A stretch of DNA of 64,000 bases from Lingula anatina. Lineage: Eukaryota; Animalia; Brachiopoda. The notes below the pieces were generated by a model that saw nothing but the letters and a program-made list of their open reading frames with translations, was not told the DNA's origin and ran no database searches. Position 1 is the stretch's first letter. Each line of letters opens with the position of its first letter. Of the stretch, positions 14,701 to 24,172 are shown in pieces. Where the stretch lies: the NCBI GenBank assembly GCA_051362555.1, contig CM120648.1, positions 16,798,587 through 16,862,586 on the forward strand. Direction: 5' to 3'. The translations under genes and the position numbers were made by a program.

Positions 14701-17097
14701 TAAAGATATCGTTAGTTGGGCATGTTTTCTGAAGAATATGTTCCGTTCAGGCCATTCTGACGGCATGAAGCAAATCCTTTAACCTGAAGAGGCGGAATAT
14801 AAGCAATGTCAGAATATCGATACAATTTAATTGTTCAGTCAGAACCGTGCAGACGGGCACGATGCTGGCGAACTGCTGTTAAAGCATTTGAACCACATGC
14901 ACTGGATTTTCGACCCCGGAGCAGCATATTTATCATGGTGTGGGGCTGCATCAGCATCCATGGCGTGGGCGAATTGATACTGGTTGATGGAAATATGAAT
15001 CACTAGAAATATATCGATGTTTTGGAGTTAGCCTTGCTACCATATATTACTAACATGTTTGGTGACAGGTATTATCCATTTGTTCACCAGGATAACAATG
15101 CTCCTTGTCACAGGCCCAGAGCAGTTGATGATTGGTTTGACCAACAGGACATCGCAGGGTGATGTGGCCTACCCAGAGTACGGATGCAAACATAATAGAA
15201 AATGTGTGGAATGATATGTCAAAACTTTTGACAAATGCCCGTCTAACCAGCAGATAAACTCTGTTATACTCAGTGTTTCGTGCTTGGGCCAGCATAATCC
15301 CTGAACGCATCAGACAATTATATGAATCCTTGCCTCGTAGACTGGCACCTACTATTAGGTCACGTGGCTATGCCACTAAGCACTAATTTTAGACTTGAAA
15401 CTGCATATTTTGGTAGAATGTATATTTTTTTTCTCATTTTGTGATTTTTTGTGAAATTTGATGTTAATAAAATGATACCAGGAGCATATCATTCCACAGT
15501 CATTTATCTCCCCCATATTATTGGTTCAGTAGGGGCAAGGAGTTATAACAGAAGGCTCTGTTATAACTCCTTGGTAGGGGTGACACTTTTATTGTCCAGT
15601 GTGTGTATGAGGGCGTTTTGACGTGCCTGGATCAATACTGATTTGACGTTGAATTTAGGTAGATCAACAGCTATTCAAAGTCCCAACCTGTTTTCAACGT
15701 TGATCCAAAGTCACTATGCCTAATATTCTATAACAAGTTGAGACAGCAATATGATATATACATAGACATTTTAAGAAGTTATATACAGTTTGTACGTAAT
15801 CTAAATTTTAATTTTGCACAGCAGGTAGTGTTGATGTTGGGAATGGGTAACTAGCAAATAGCTTCAGCCCACTCAAAAATACCAGAATTAGAAAGGATTT
15901 TAAAACAATTTAAAAAATGCATAAATTCTACATACAGAACTATTGAAGTTGGTTTTCTAATTTAAGCTGTTTCCTCAAGGTGGAAGTGTGTTTGTTTCTA
16001 ATCACTGCATGCTTTTTCTCACATAATTCAATCAAAAGAGATGCCTGGGTCCAATCTGCCTTTCTCTGTCGTTTGCTTGCTAAAGCAGGTTCAAAGACAT
16101 TGTAAGACAAATAAAAATCACAAAATATTTCATAACAATTATATATTTCCACAGTAAACATATTTTACTCACCTTCTTTCATTTGAATGTACTTGAATGA
16201 CTTAACTTTCCCCCACTTATCTCCCACCACCAGTTGGCCAGCAGGGTTGATGACTACTGCACTGGGTAACAACAGTCCATCATCCTCAGTGACAATGTAT
16301 CTGATAAACTGTCCCTGTGGACTCAGTGCCACTATCCTGTCGTTTCCATAGTCAGCAATGAAAATGTGACCATAGCTGTCTGTGCACACTCCATATGGTA
16401 TCCTCAGTTCACTGCCTCCTCTACCACCATACTGGTACAGATGATCACCAGTAGGTGACAACACATGTACACAGTCTCCCCACATGTCTGATATCACAAT
16501 GTTATCATTCACACTGTTCACTGTACTGTAGCCAGGGGTTAAACACATGCTGAGTGGAACAGTGTTCAGGAGCTGTCCACTGTCTGCATGGAATGTGAAG
16601 ATGGACTTCTTTCCTCTGTCACAAACCATCACATGACCTTTTCTGTTCAGTGTAATACCCCGTGGATCCTCCAGTAGACCCTGACCCATGGTTGTCACCT
16701 GCTGACCTCTGGTGGAGTACACTTGGACACATCTGTCACCCTGTGATGTTATATACAGGTGACCAGTCTGTGACACAGCCACGTCATACGGTCTTTTTAC
16801 TTTTATGTTAAACTTAAGTTGCCCTTTATATGTGAATACTTTTGTTCTGTTGTTTCCATGATCCACAACATACATGTGTTCTTTATCTATGGCTAACCCA
16901 GCAATGTTCTGTCCTCTATCATCTTCCAGTTCAGCACTGAAGGAATGCGCACATTCTGCCTTCTCTAAGAAAACAAGAGGATGTGGAGCTGATGTTGGAT
17001 TTGTTTCCTGTTCAGCTATTGGAGGTTGTGTCTGTACTGTCACCTGTCCTGATCTTGGATTTACACTTCGTCTAGACTGCCCTAACATGGCTTCCAT
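3635..17097 (-). CDS. Gene L: multi-exon ROCO-family protein, NHL - Roc - COR - ZU5 - UPA (3' end probably beyond the left edge; internal TGA at 6109-6111)
   Basis: GT-AG exons with consistent phases: 17097-16173, 11287-11039, 10806-10726, 10520-10455, 9582-9523, 8261-7962, 7563-7424, 7272-6052, 5896-5848, 5320-4635, 4298-4122, 3823-3635. Domain motifs are given in the exon features. Confidence 0.8.
4122..4298 (-). CDS. Gene L exon, UPA-like domain middle part
   Basis: tgtag|AAT acceptor and AAG|gttggt donor, 177 nt, open in frame ([11 protein letters not shown]...[11 protein letters not shown]). Confidence 0.7.
4635..5320 (-). CDS. Gene L exon, ZU5 domain and start of UPA
   Basis: [45 protein letters not shown] is a classic ZU5 signature; [11 protein letters not shown] is a UPA start; acceptor ttatag, donor gtgagg. 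Confidence 0.9.
5848..5896 (-). CDS. Gene L short linker exon ([16 protein letters not shown])
   Basis: 49 nt, phase 0 to 1, bridges the COR and ZU5 exons exactly in frame. Confidence 0.7.
6052..7272 (-). CDS. Gene L exon, end of Roc and COR domain (contains in-frame TGA at 6109-6111)
   Basis: [19 protein letters not shown] and [37 protein letters not shown] are typical COR-A/COR-B motifs; the frame stays open 19 codons after the TGA, up to AAG|gtaagt. Confidence 0.88.
7424..7563 (-). CDS. Gene L exon, Roc G4 motif
   Basis: [14 protein letters not shown]...[12 protein letters not shown]; phase 1 to 0. Confidence 0.88.
7962..8261 (-). CDS. Gene L exon, Roc G3 motif
   Basis: [32 protein letters not shown] is a canonical Roc switch II; 300 nt, phase 1-1. 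Confidence 0.92.
8379..9420 (-). mobile_element. Older, partial Helentron-like (HINE) copy in a gene L intron
   Basis: Starts with the family end CTAGAGGATCAGAGAG, has 3-4 diverged ~146-bp monomers and downstream sequence matching 26340-26880. Confidence 0.75.
9523..9582 (-). CDS. Gene L micro-exon within the Roc insertion
   Basis: 60 nt, phase 1-1; needed to avoid a T|AA stop at the 10455-to-8261 junction; donor gtacag is weak. Confidence 0.55.
10455..10520 (-). CDS. Gene L micro-exon within the Roc insertion
   Basis: 66 nt, phase 1-1, attgtag acceptor, gtaagt donor, open frame. Confidence 0.65.
10726..10806 (-). CDS. Gene L micro-exon within the Roc insertion
   Basis: 81 nt, phase 1-1, ttcatag acceptor, gtaatt donor, open frame ([27 protein letters not shown]). 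Confidence 0.7.
11039..11287 (-). CDS. Gene L exon, Roc P-loop (G1/G2)
   Basis: [32 protein letters not shown]...PITNGIE; 249 nt, phase 1-1. Confidence 0.92.
11652..11720. repeat. (TA)n microsatellite
   Basis: About 34 uninterrupted TA units. Confidence 0.98.
12088..15605 (+). mobile_element. Decayed Tc1-family DNA transposon
   Basis: TIRs CACACACTGGACAATA(G/A)AAGTGTCACCCC at 12088 and inverted ending 15605, followed by TA. Transposase remnant about 14700-15386: [55 protein letters not shown] with stops and frameshifts. Confidence 0.88.
15536..15573. mobile_element. 38-bp hairpin mini-element with 7-bp target duplication
   Basis: CAAGGAGTTATAACAGA-AGGC-TCTGTTATAACTCCTTG flanked by GTAGGGG on both sides. 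Confidence 0.75.
16173..17097 (-). CDS. Gene L exon, NHL-repeat six-bladed beta-propeller (TRIM2/3/71-like C-terminus)
   Basis: Repeated P-x-[GD]-[IV]...I[FY]-[VI]-x-D-x-x-N-x-R-[IV] motifs ([36 protein letters not shown]); ends GAA G|gtgagt, phase 1. Confidence 0.93.
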
Positions 17098-19212
17098 CTC
17101 GACAGTAGATCTTGCAGTTCTCAGTCACAACAAATGTGTCAGCGGTTGCTAAAATTCATGTTCAATTCTGGTGCTACAGCTTGGAGATCACAGTAACATA
17201 AACACTTGCTCCATATACCTACAAGTCGGCCAGATCATACATCTTTCTTTAATGAATCTGTTCAGCATTATCTCACAGTCTTTGTCCTCTTACTTCCTAA
17301 TGTGCTTGAGCATGGGGACTCTAAAAATCAGCAATCCGTCGTACTGTCCGTCTCCCCGTCTATCATTTGTACAAAAATACTTTCCATAAAGTTTGCAATA
17401 GTTAATTTTCCCTTTGGTTTATAGGCACTGCATCAAGGCTAATCCGTATATTGACTGCTTTTGGTAATAACAATCATAAAACCCAATTGGCAGCACGAAA
17501 ACGCCAACTGTTCTTTTAACAACGATAGACTTAGGTGCGCACATTTGCCTTTAGACAACAAATGCAATCAATACATGAACATAAAACACGAAAGGTAATT
17601 AAATATTCCCCTGATCCCATAGCCTGACAAAGCCTTCAAAGCTGAATGGACTTATCGATAAACGAACCTTCTATTTATTCTTTGCTGTCCTCAAATGCGG
17701 GCACATAACACTCCATACCAGATGTGTGAAATGGGCACAACTGTACAATAATATGTATTCTATTCCCCAGACAAAAATCTAGTGGAAAATATTTCTGTGG
17801 TCCCATTGTCCCGTATGGTTAGGAAAACATAGATTTATTTACATTTAACTGCAGTAGAATGAATAGAACCAGACCGAAAAATAGAAAACTTGTTTATTTT
17901 ATTTCTCAAGTAAGTGATCGCTTGCTGACGATTTTTGTGGCGGGAACAAAACACAAACAGGTGAATTAATGTTCTTTTCATATCCAGTGGTCCATTTCAC
18001 TGGTCCATTCAGGGCCTTCTTTTACACGAAGTATTGAATTTAAGCAATGACGTGGGGGTTGTATATAAATATGTATGTGTTCAGGTCAACAAAATAAAAC
18101 TCTGCGAAGTAACTGCAGATAGTGAACTAGCATAGAATTAAGTACAGGGAAAAGGGGGTTGCTTAACACAGATTACCAGTTATAGTTAAAATTGAAAGAA
18201 TATGTGGGACAGGAGAGGTGTTTGATTCAAGTGCGTGTAAGACTACAGTGCCATGATCGGAAATGGTTTAAAAGTTACCAGAAGGTGGACAGCTGCTCAA
18301 ACGCATTTCTACGTAGAAACATTTCAAGGTCTAGTAGCATTACCCCTAAGGACGGGGCGTGGTGATGCGTTCACTTCATCCTCTATAAACGAATGGTAAA
18401 GATGCAGAAGTAAAAGAAACATTCCTCATCAAATAGTAACTACTACGTTTCACTTTACATTGTTTGGGGGGGGGGGGGGCTCAAATAGATATATGCAACA
18501 TGGAACTACTACTTTGGTAATAGAATATATTTCGCAATCACATCTTTTGTATCGCACCATCTTATATACAGAACATTTAGAGAGGACAATGGAAAACATT
18601 GTTCGGTAATGATATTAGAGCTGGGTTTTCTGGGAGTGCCAGTGAGCGTCCACAGGAAAAAAACAGCAAAGGACCTGGACCACGTCTGATTGAATGTGGA
18701 ATTGACCTAGAACGTGCTGTCAACGCTTAAACAGGAGCGCCTGTCCATGGAGTGTCAGGTGGCATCCTTATTTAGAATATACAGAAAGAAGATGTTCGTT
18801 TGTGGTGTCAACAAGGAATGTTAAAAGTTCAAAAACTGATGTGTGTGTCACTGCCAGCAACCTCTCTCTTATAACTGGATGACCCAAATTTGTTGAAGTT
18901 GATCAAGTGGGCCGGGCGTGGGGGATGGACACAGTGTGTGTTTTTTTTTTTTCAATAAATCTTGATGTTTTTGCTGTTGTATTGGCACCACAAAACAGGT
19001 ATTCTTCTTCTTACAGATGAAAGGACAGAGGTTCTACTGGTGTAACTGTTAGGGCTTTGTTTCATTGTGGAAGTAGCTGCGTATGATGAATGTCTGCAGC
19101 AAACATTTTTCTCAAAGGGTAGATAGTGGTCCGTCTTTTGCATTCAGGAAACTCATTTGTTACTTTTGAATATGCTTTTCACAACCCACAAGGCAACCCA
19201 CCACGTTGAACG

Positions 19213-21084
19213 CGGGATTAAGTACAGTATCCAACGGATGACGCTCTGACGCCAATTTGAGGGGAAAAAATGCCGTTTTCGGTATTGGGATTTTCTTTAT
19301 AACCAAGACAGCTATTCAAGTGATTCAAAAGGCCTCATAAAGCTGGGTAAACGATCGGTTGCTCAGATAGTGAGATATACGTGGCAGCGATTAACTTATC
19401 TCGTCAATATAGAAAGCTGTTAAAACAGCCAAAAACGTTCACAGGTTGCTTAACAGGGCTTATAAGTCAAATGCTTAGCTGGCAAATTTATCTGTTATCG
19501 GTTATACGATCAGATGGAACCATTGCTCATTGTCATCTTAAAATGTTTTGTTAAGGTGCTTTGAAAGGGCAGAAAATCGTGCTTTTGTTACATTTCCCGA
19601 CCACCCGTTAGGCTTGTAAGCGTGCCGCCATTTTGATTGACAGCTCTGGAGAGGGCCCTAGCCTAGTGATGCCCAGCAGGGTGTCAAGGATATGTAGAAG
19701 GAAGCGCTAACAAAGGCGATTACGTTTAACCGCAATTAAGAGGTGTGAAGTTGCCTTTGAACGTTTCAATGGGTATCCCTCGGCAATCGAGTAATTTTAC
19801 CTTTTCTGTTATCGGCAAAGTGATCAGATAAAACTGGGAGACAGTAGTAGTTCTTAGCTGATTTTTATGGTAACTGTGAACTCGGGGGTTGAGGGGGGGG
19901 AGATATTAATTTTTTCAAGAAGTCTTTTTTTGATTTTTATTTTGGGTACATTTTGAACTCTTTCTTCCCGCTTGATCTCTGATTTTGACATTGTTTTTCT
20001 CCAAACATTGCAAAATGCAAGTGAACATGCGTTTTTATTTTCATTGTTATTTTTTAAATCATACTGTCAACCCTTGCTTGGATTTCTCTCGTTTGGCCAT
20101 TCACATCAATTTTTTGCGTGTCTCTAAAGCTCCTTGATTTCATTTATTGGAGAATAAAATTATATTTTGTCAACATTAGTTTTTACCTTCGACAAACGGC
20201 GTCCAACAATCATTTCCAGTTTCGTAACGTGTCGCAGATACGCTCACCGATATATATCGCCAAAATTAAGAGCTAGGCTAAAAGTATCGTTTCTAGCTTT
20301 TTTTTTCTCTTAGTAATACGTTTTTCGTACAAATACATTTCTCAATTAATTTAGATGATTCGATTTACTCTTTCACCCATTTATTAGGTATACATAAAGA
20401 AAAAAGAAAGACGAATAATATTAAACATTTCATGATGCTTTTATTTGAGCTGTACATGCGCCAATGGCTGTAACTGCCTTTCGACCAACACAACGTCGCC
20501 GCCACACACAAGACAAACACACGACTTGTAGGCACTTTCTAACAACTGTCCACTATGCCAAAGCCTGTACCCAGTAGCTACTCTTTCTTCCTCACGATCA
20601 CTGTCAAAAGACTCTGAGGGCTGTTCAAAGTCCTTCAAAATCTTACGAGCGCTCACTCCAGGTAGATTCTCTCTCTCGGCATCCGACTGAACAAATACCG
20701 GTTTTCCTCCAACCGCCCACATACTCTCAAAATTTTCTTTCTTTCCTCTGGAAATTGACTTTTAACACGAACTTTTCTCTTCCCCATAGCGTACTCAACT
20801 TCTTCACTGCTTAGCTGATGTAAGATTTATGACCTATCTCCGCACACGTAATCGGCTTATAACTCATTGACTATGCTCCGCCCCCCTCATGGCAACGGCT
20901 CTTAGCAACGGAGTTGTCAGCCTGACTGGGGCGCGTGGCGGTTGAAAAACTCATCAAAAGACACATTTTGCGGTGCAAATTCAAATTAATTTTTACATCC
21001 AACGTTAGATACTATTTTGATTAATAGAAACACACAAAAAACTCAAAAACATGATTTTAAGCGTAGTTAACCCTATCAGTCACC
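19213..21084 (-). mobile_element. Kolobok-like DNA element copy A with N-terminal transposase remnant (20441-20722)
   Basis: GYRLW...LLESAYKSCVCLVCGGDVVLVE resembles the N-terminal zinc-binding part of the Mutator-like/Kolobok-H transposase; ends CAGTCACC|TTAA. Confidence 0.6.
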
Positions 21085-21163
21085 TTAAAAGTCCATTTCC
21101 AGAGGAAAGAAAGAAAATTTTGAAAGAGAGTAGGGCCTATGCGTGGCGGTTGGGGAAAACAGG

Positions 21164-21327
21164 TGTGACAGGAATGGAAGTCCGAGGCATGGAGGTCCGG
21201 GCTCCCATATGATTAGTACAGGTTAGGGTTAGTTGGAGTATTGGGGTTAGTATATGGGACGAATATCACCTGTACAAAGTAATGGGTGGCGGACTACGGT
21301 TCCTAGCGGACTTCCATTTCTGTTACA
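21164..21327. mobile_element. Ginger-like MITE (TGT...ACA termini at a CCGG site)
   Basis: TIR TGTGACAGGAATGGAAGTCCG / CGGACTTCCATTTCTGTTACA; flanks CAGG and CCGG; the empty site in copy A (about 20698-20701) is CCGG. Confidence 0.65.
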
Positions 21328-23166
21328 CCGGCCCTATTTGTTCAGTCGGATAACTGATTTCTGTATACCTAATAAATGGGTGAAAGAGTTAATCGAATCG
21401 CCTAAATTAATTGACAAATGAAAGAAAAATCGATAAATAAATTTAAAAAAATGCTAAAAGGATACTTTTAGCCTAGCTCTTAATTTTTGCGATATTAATA
21501 CCGGCGAGCGTATCTGCGACACGTTACGAAACCGGAAATGATTGTTGGTCGCCGTTTGCAAAAGGTAAATTTAATGTTGACAAAATAAAATTTTATTCTC
21601 CAAGATATGATATCATGGAGCTTGAGAGACACGCGAAAAATTGTGATGTGAATGGCCAAACGAGAGAAATCCAAGCAAGGGTTGACAGCATGATTAAAAC
21701 AAAAATAAAAACGCATGTAAGCGGCTTTGCATTTTGCGATGTTTGGAGAAAAACAATTTAAAATCACTGATCAAGCGGGAAGAAAGAGTTCAAAATGTAT
21801 CCAAAAATGAAAATCACAAAAAGACCCCGAAAATAGTCAAGACTAGCAGGTAAAAAGCAAATAGGGTCTAAGTGTCATGTGTGTAAAAATAAAATATTTA
21901 TTCAAAAGCCTTCTCTCAGCCACTTTTACCGCTGAATCTTGTGCAGCTGAGCGTCTCCCCTTTATCTTAGCTGGCATTTTGAGAGAGACCGCTCTGAAGT
22001 AATCACTGGATTTTTCCGTTGATCTGACGATTACCAAGTGCCGTGCAAAATAATCCTGCAGCGTTACCCGTCAAAAAACTCTTATTAACACAAGTGACGG
22101 CCACTTGCTCTCGACAGACAGTTTTATCTGATCACTTTGTCGATAACAAAGAAGGAATCTCTCAGGTAAAATTACTCGTTTGCCGAGGAAGAGCCATTGA
22201 AACGTTCAAATGCAACTTCACACCTCTTAATTGCGGTTAAACGTAATCGCCTTTGTAAGCGCTTCCTTCTACATATCCTTGACACCCTACTGGGCATCAC
22301 TAGGCTAGGGCCCTCTCCAGAGCTGTCAATCAAAATGGCGGCACGCTTACATGCCTAACGAGTGGTCGGAAAATGTAACAAAAGCACGATTTTCTGCCCA
22401 TTCAAAGCACCCAAACAAAATATTTTTAGATGACAATAAGCAATGGTTCCATCTGATCGTATAACCGATAACAGGTAAATTTGCCAGCTAAGCATTTGAC
22501 TAATAAGCCCTGTTAACCAACCTGTGAACGTTTTTGGCTGTTTTAACAGCTTTCTATATTGACGAGATAAGTGAATCGCTGCCAAGTATATCTCACTATC
22601 TGAGCAACCGATCGTTACAAAACTTGCACCTATTGTTGTTAGGAATGTGGACTACAGCATGATATCAGGGGTTTAAGGGAAAATTGTTTGCTTGTAAGTT
22701 ATCGCCTTTTGAAGTGAATAACCCATTGAAATATGGGCTGATTTAACATAAAAGATGATAATATCAAAAGTAAATAGTTTAAGACAATTCCCTGGTACCC
22801 CGCTGTAGTGCTTTCACCCAGCTTTATGAGGCCTTTTGAATCACTTGAATAGCCGTTTTGGTTATAGAGAAAATCCCAATACCGAAAATGGCATTTTTCC
22901 CCTCAAATTGGCGCCAGAGCGTCATCCGTTGGACACTGTACTTAATCCCCGTCATTAATTGGCCTTTTGGGAAGTTTGTTTTAATTTTTTACAAAAACTT
23001 ATAAGCCCAGGGCTTTGTTTCTATGACTTTGGTCCTTTTACTATTAGTGACCTTAACACGAACTTTTCTCTTCCCCCATAGTGTACTAGCTAGACTTCTT
23101 AGCTGCTAAGCTGATGTAAGACTTATGACCTATTACCGCACACGTAATCGGCTTATAACTCATTAA

Positions 23167-23423
23167 GGCTTCGTTCACATGCAATGTCTATTTTCTAAAT
23201 TCTATTTTCTATTCGCGCTATCTTATGATCACGGTCTGTGCACTGAATATCCCGCCGCGTAATTACTGGCAGCGCGAGCCAGTTACTATAAGTTACTATA
23301 AGTAACTTGCTCGCGCTGCCAGTAATTACACGGCGGGATATTCAGTGCACAGACCGTGATCATAAGACATGCCGCAAATAGAAAATAGAATTTAGAAAAT
23401 AGACATTGCATGTGAACGAAGCC
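23167..23423. mobile_element. PIF/Harbinger-type fold-back MITE, 257 bp
   Basis: Near-perfect palindrome GGCTTCGTTCACATG...CATGTGAACGAAGCC with TAA on both sides; absent from the paralogous site near 20868. Confidence 0.9.
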
Positions 23424-24172
23424 TAACTGTGCTCCGACCCCCTCATGGCAACGGCCCTTAGTAACAGAGGCGTGGCTTAGTTGTCAGCCTGACTGGGGCG
23501 CGTTCCGGTTGAAAAACTCATCAAAAGACACATTTTGCGATGCAAATTCATAAAGATTATTACATCCAACGTTAGATACTTTTTTGATTAATATAAACAC
23601 ACAAAAAACTCAAAAACATGATTTTAAGCGTATTTAACCCTATCACCGGCCTTAATTGGCCTTTTGGGAAGTTTGTTTTAATTTTTTATAAAAACTTATA
23701 AGCCCAGGGCTTTGTTTCTATGCTTTTATTCCTTTTACTATTAGTCACCTTAAGCATTTATGTATTGGTTATAGTCAAGTTATGGGGTCGAGGAAAAATA
23801 CAGGGGTAAATTTTGGATTTCAAAATTGAGGGAAAATATAAAAGAAAGGATTTTTAAATGCCATGATCATCCTCAGTTTTTACTTACTAGTTGTATTGTC
23901 ATTAAAACGAACATATATATTTCCTAGATTTTCTTACAAATCACAAGCAATCCATTTTATTTAAACAAAGACGTGAGCAATTTGTGAATATGCGGTAATT
24001 TGAAACAAAAATTCTACTTGGGGATCAAAATAAGTACAGGTATACTCACACATGCAACCACAAAGAAAAGTGACATAAATACCTTAATTAAGTAAGACAA
24101 TTTAACCCTCATCCACAAGGAAATGGAACCCTACGTACATGTAAACCCTGAAACCGGGCCTCAGAGGCCAGG

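Larger units (their letters stand above)
21085..23753. mobile_element. Rearranged second copy of the Kolobok-like element (inverted body 21085-22950, direct end 23053-23651)
   Basis: 21085-22950 is the reverse complement of 19213-20765 with indels; 23053-23651 directly repeats 20762-21084; 22955-23055 repeats at 23652-23753; junctions fall at TTAA. Confidence 0.7.
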
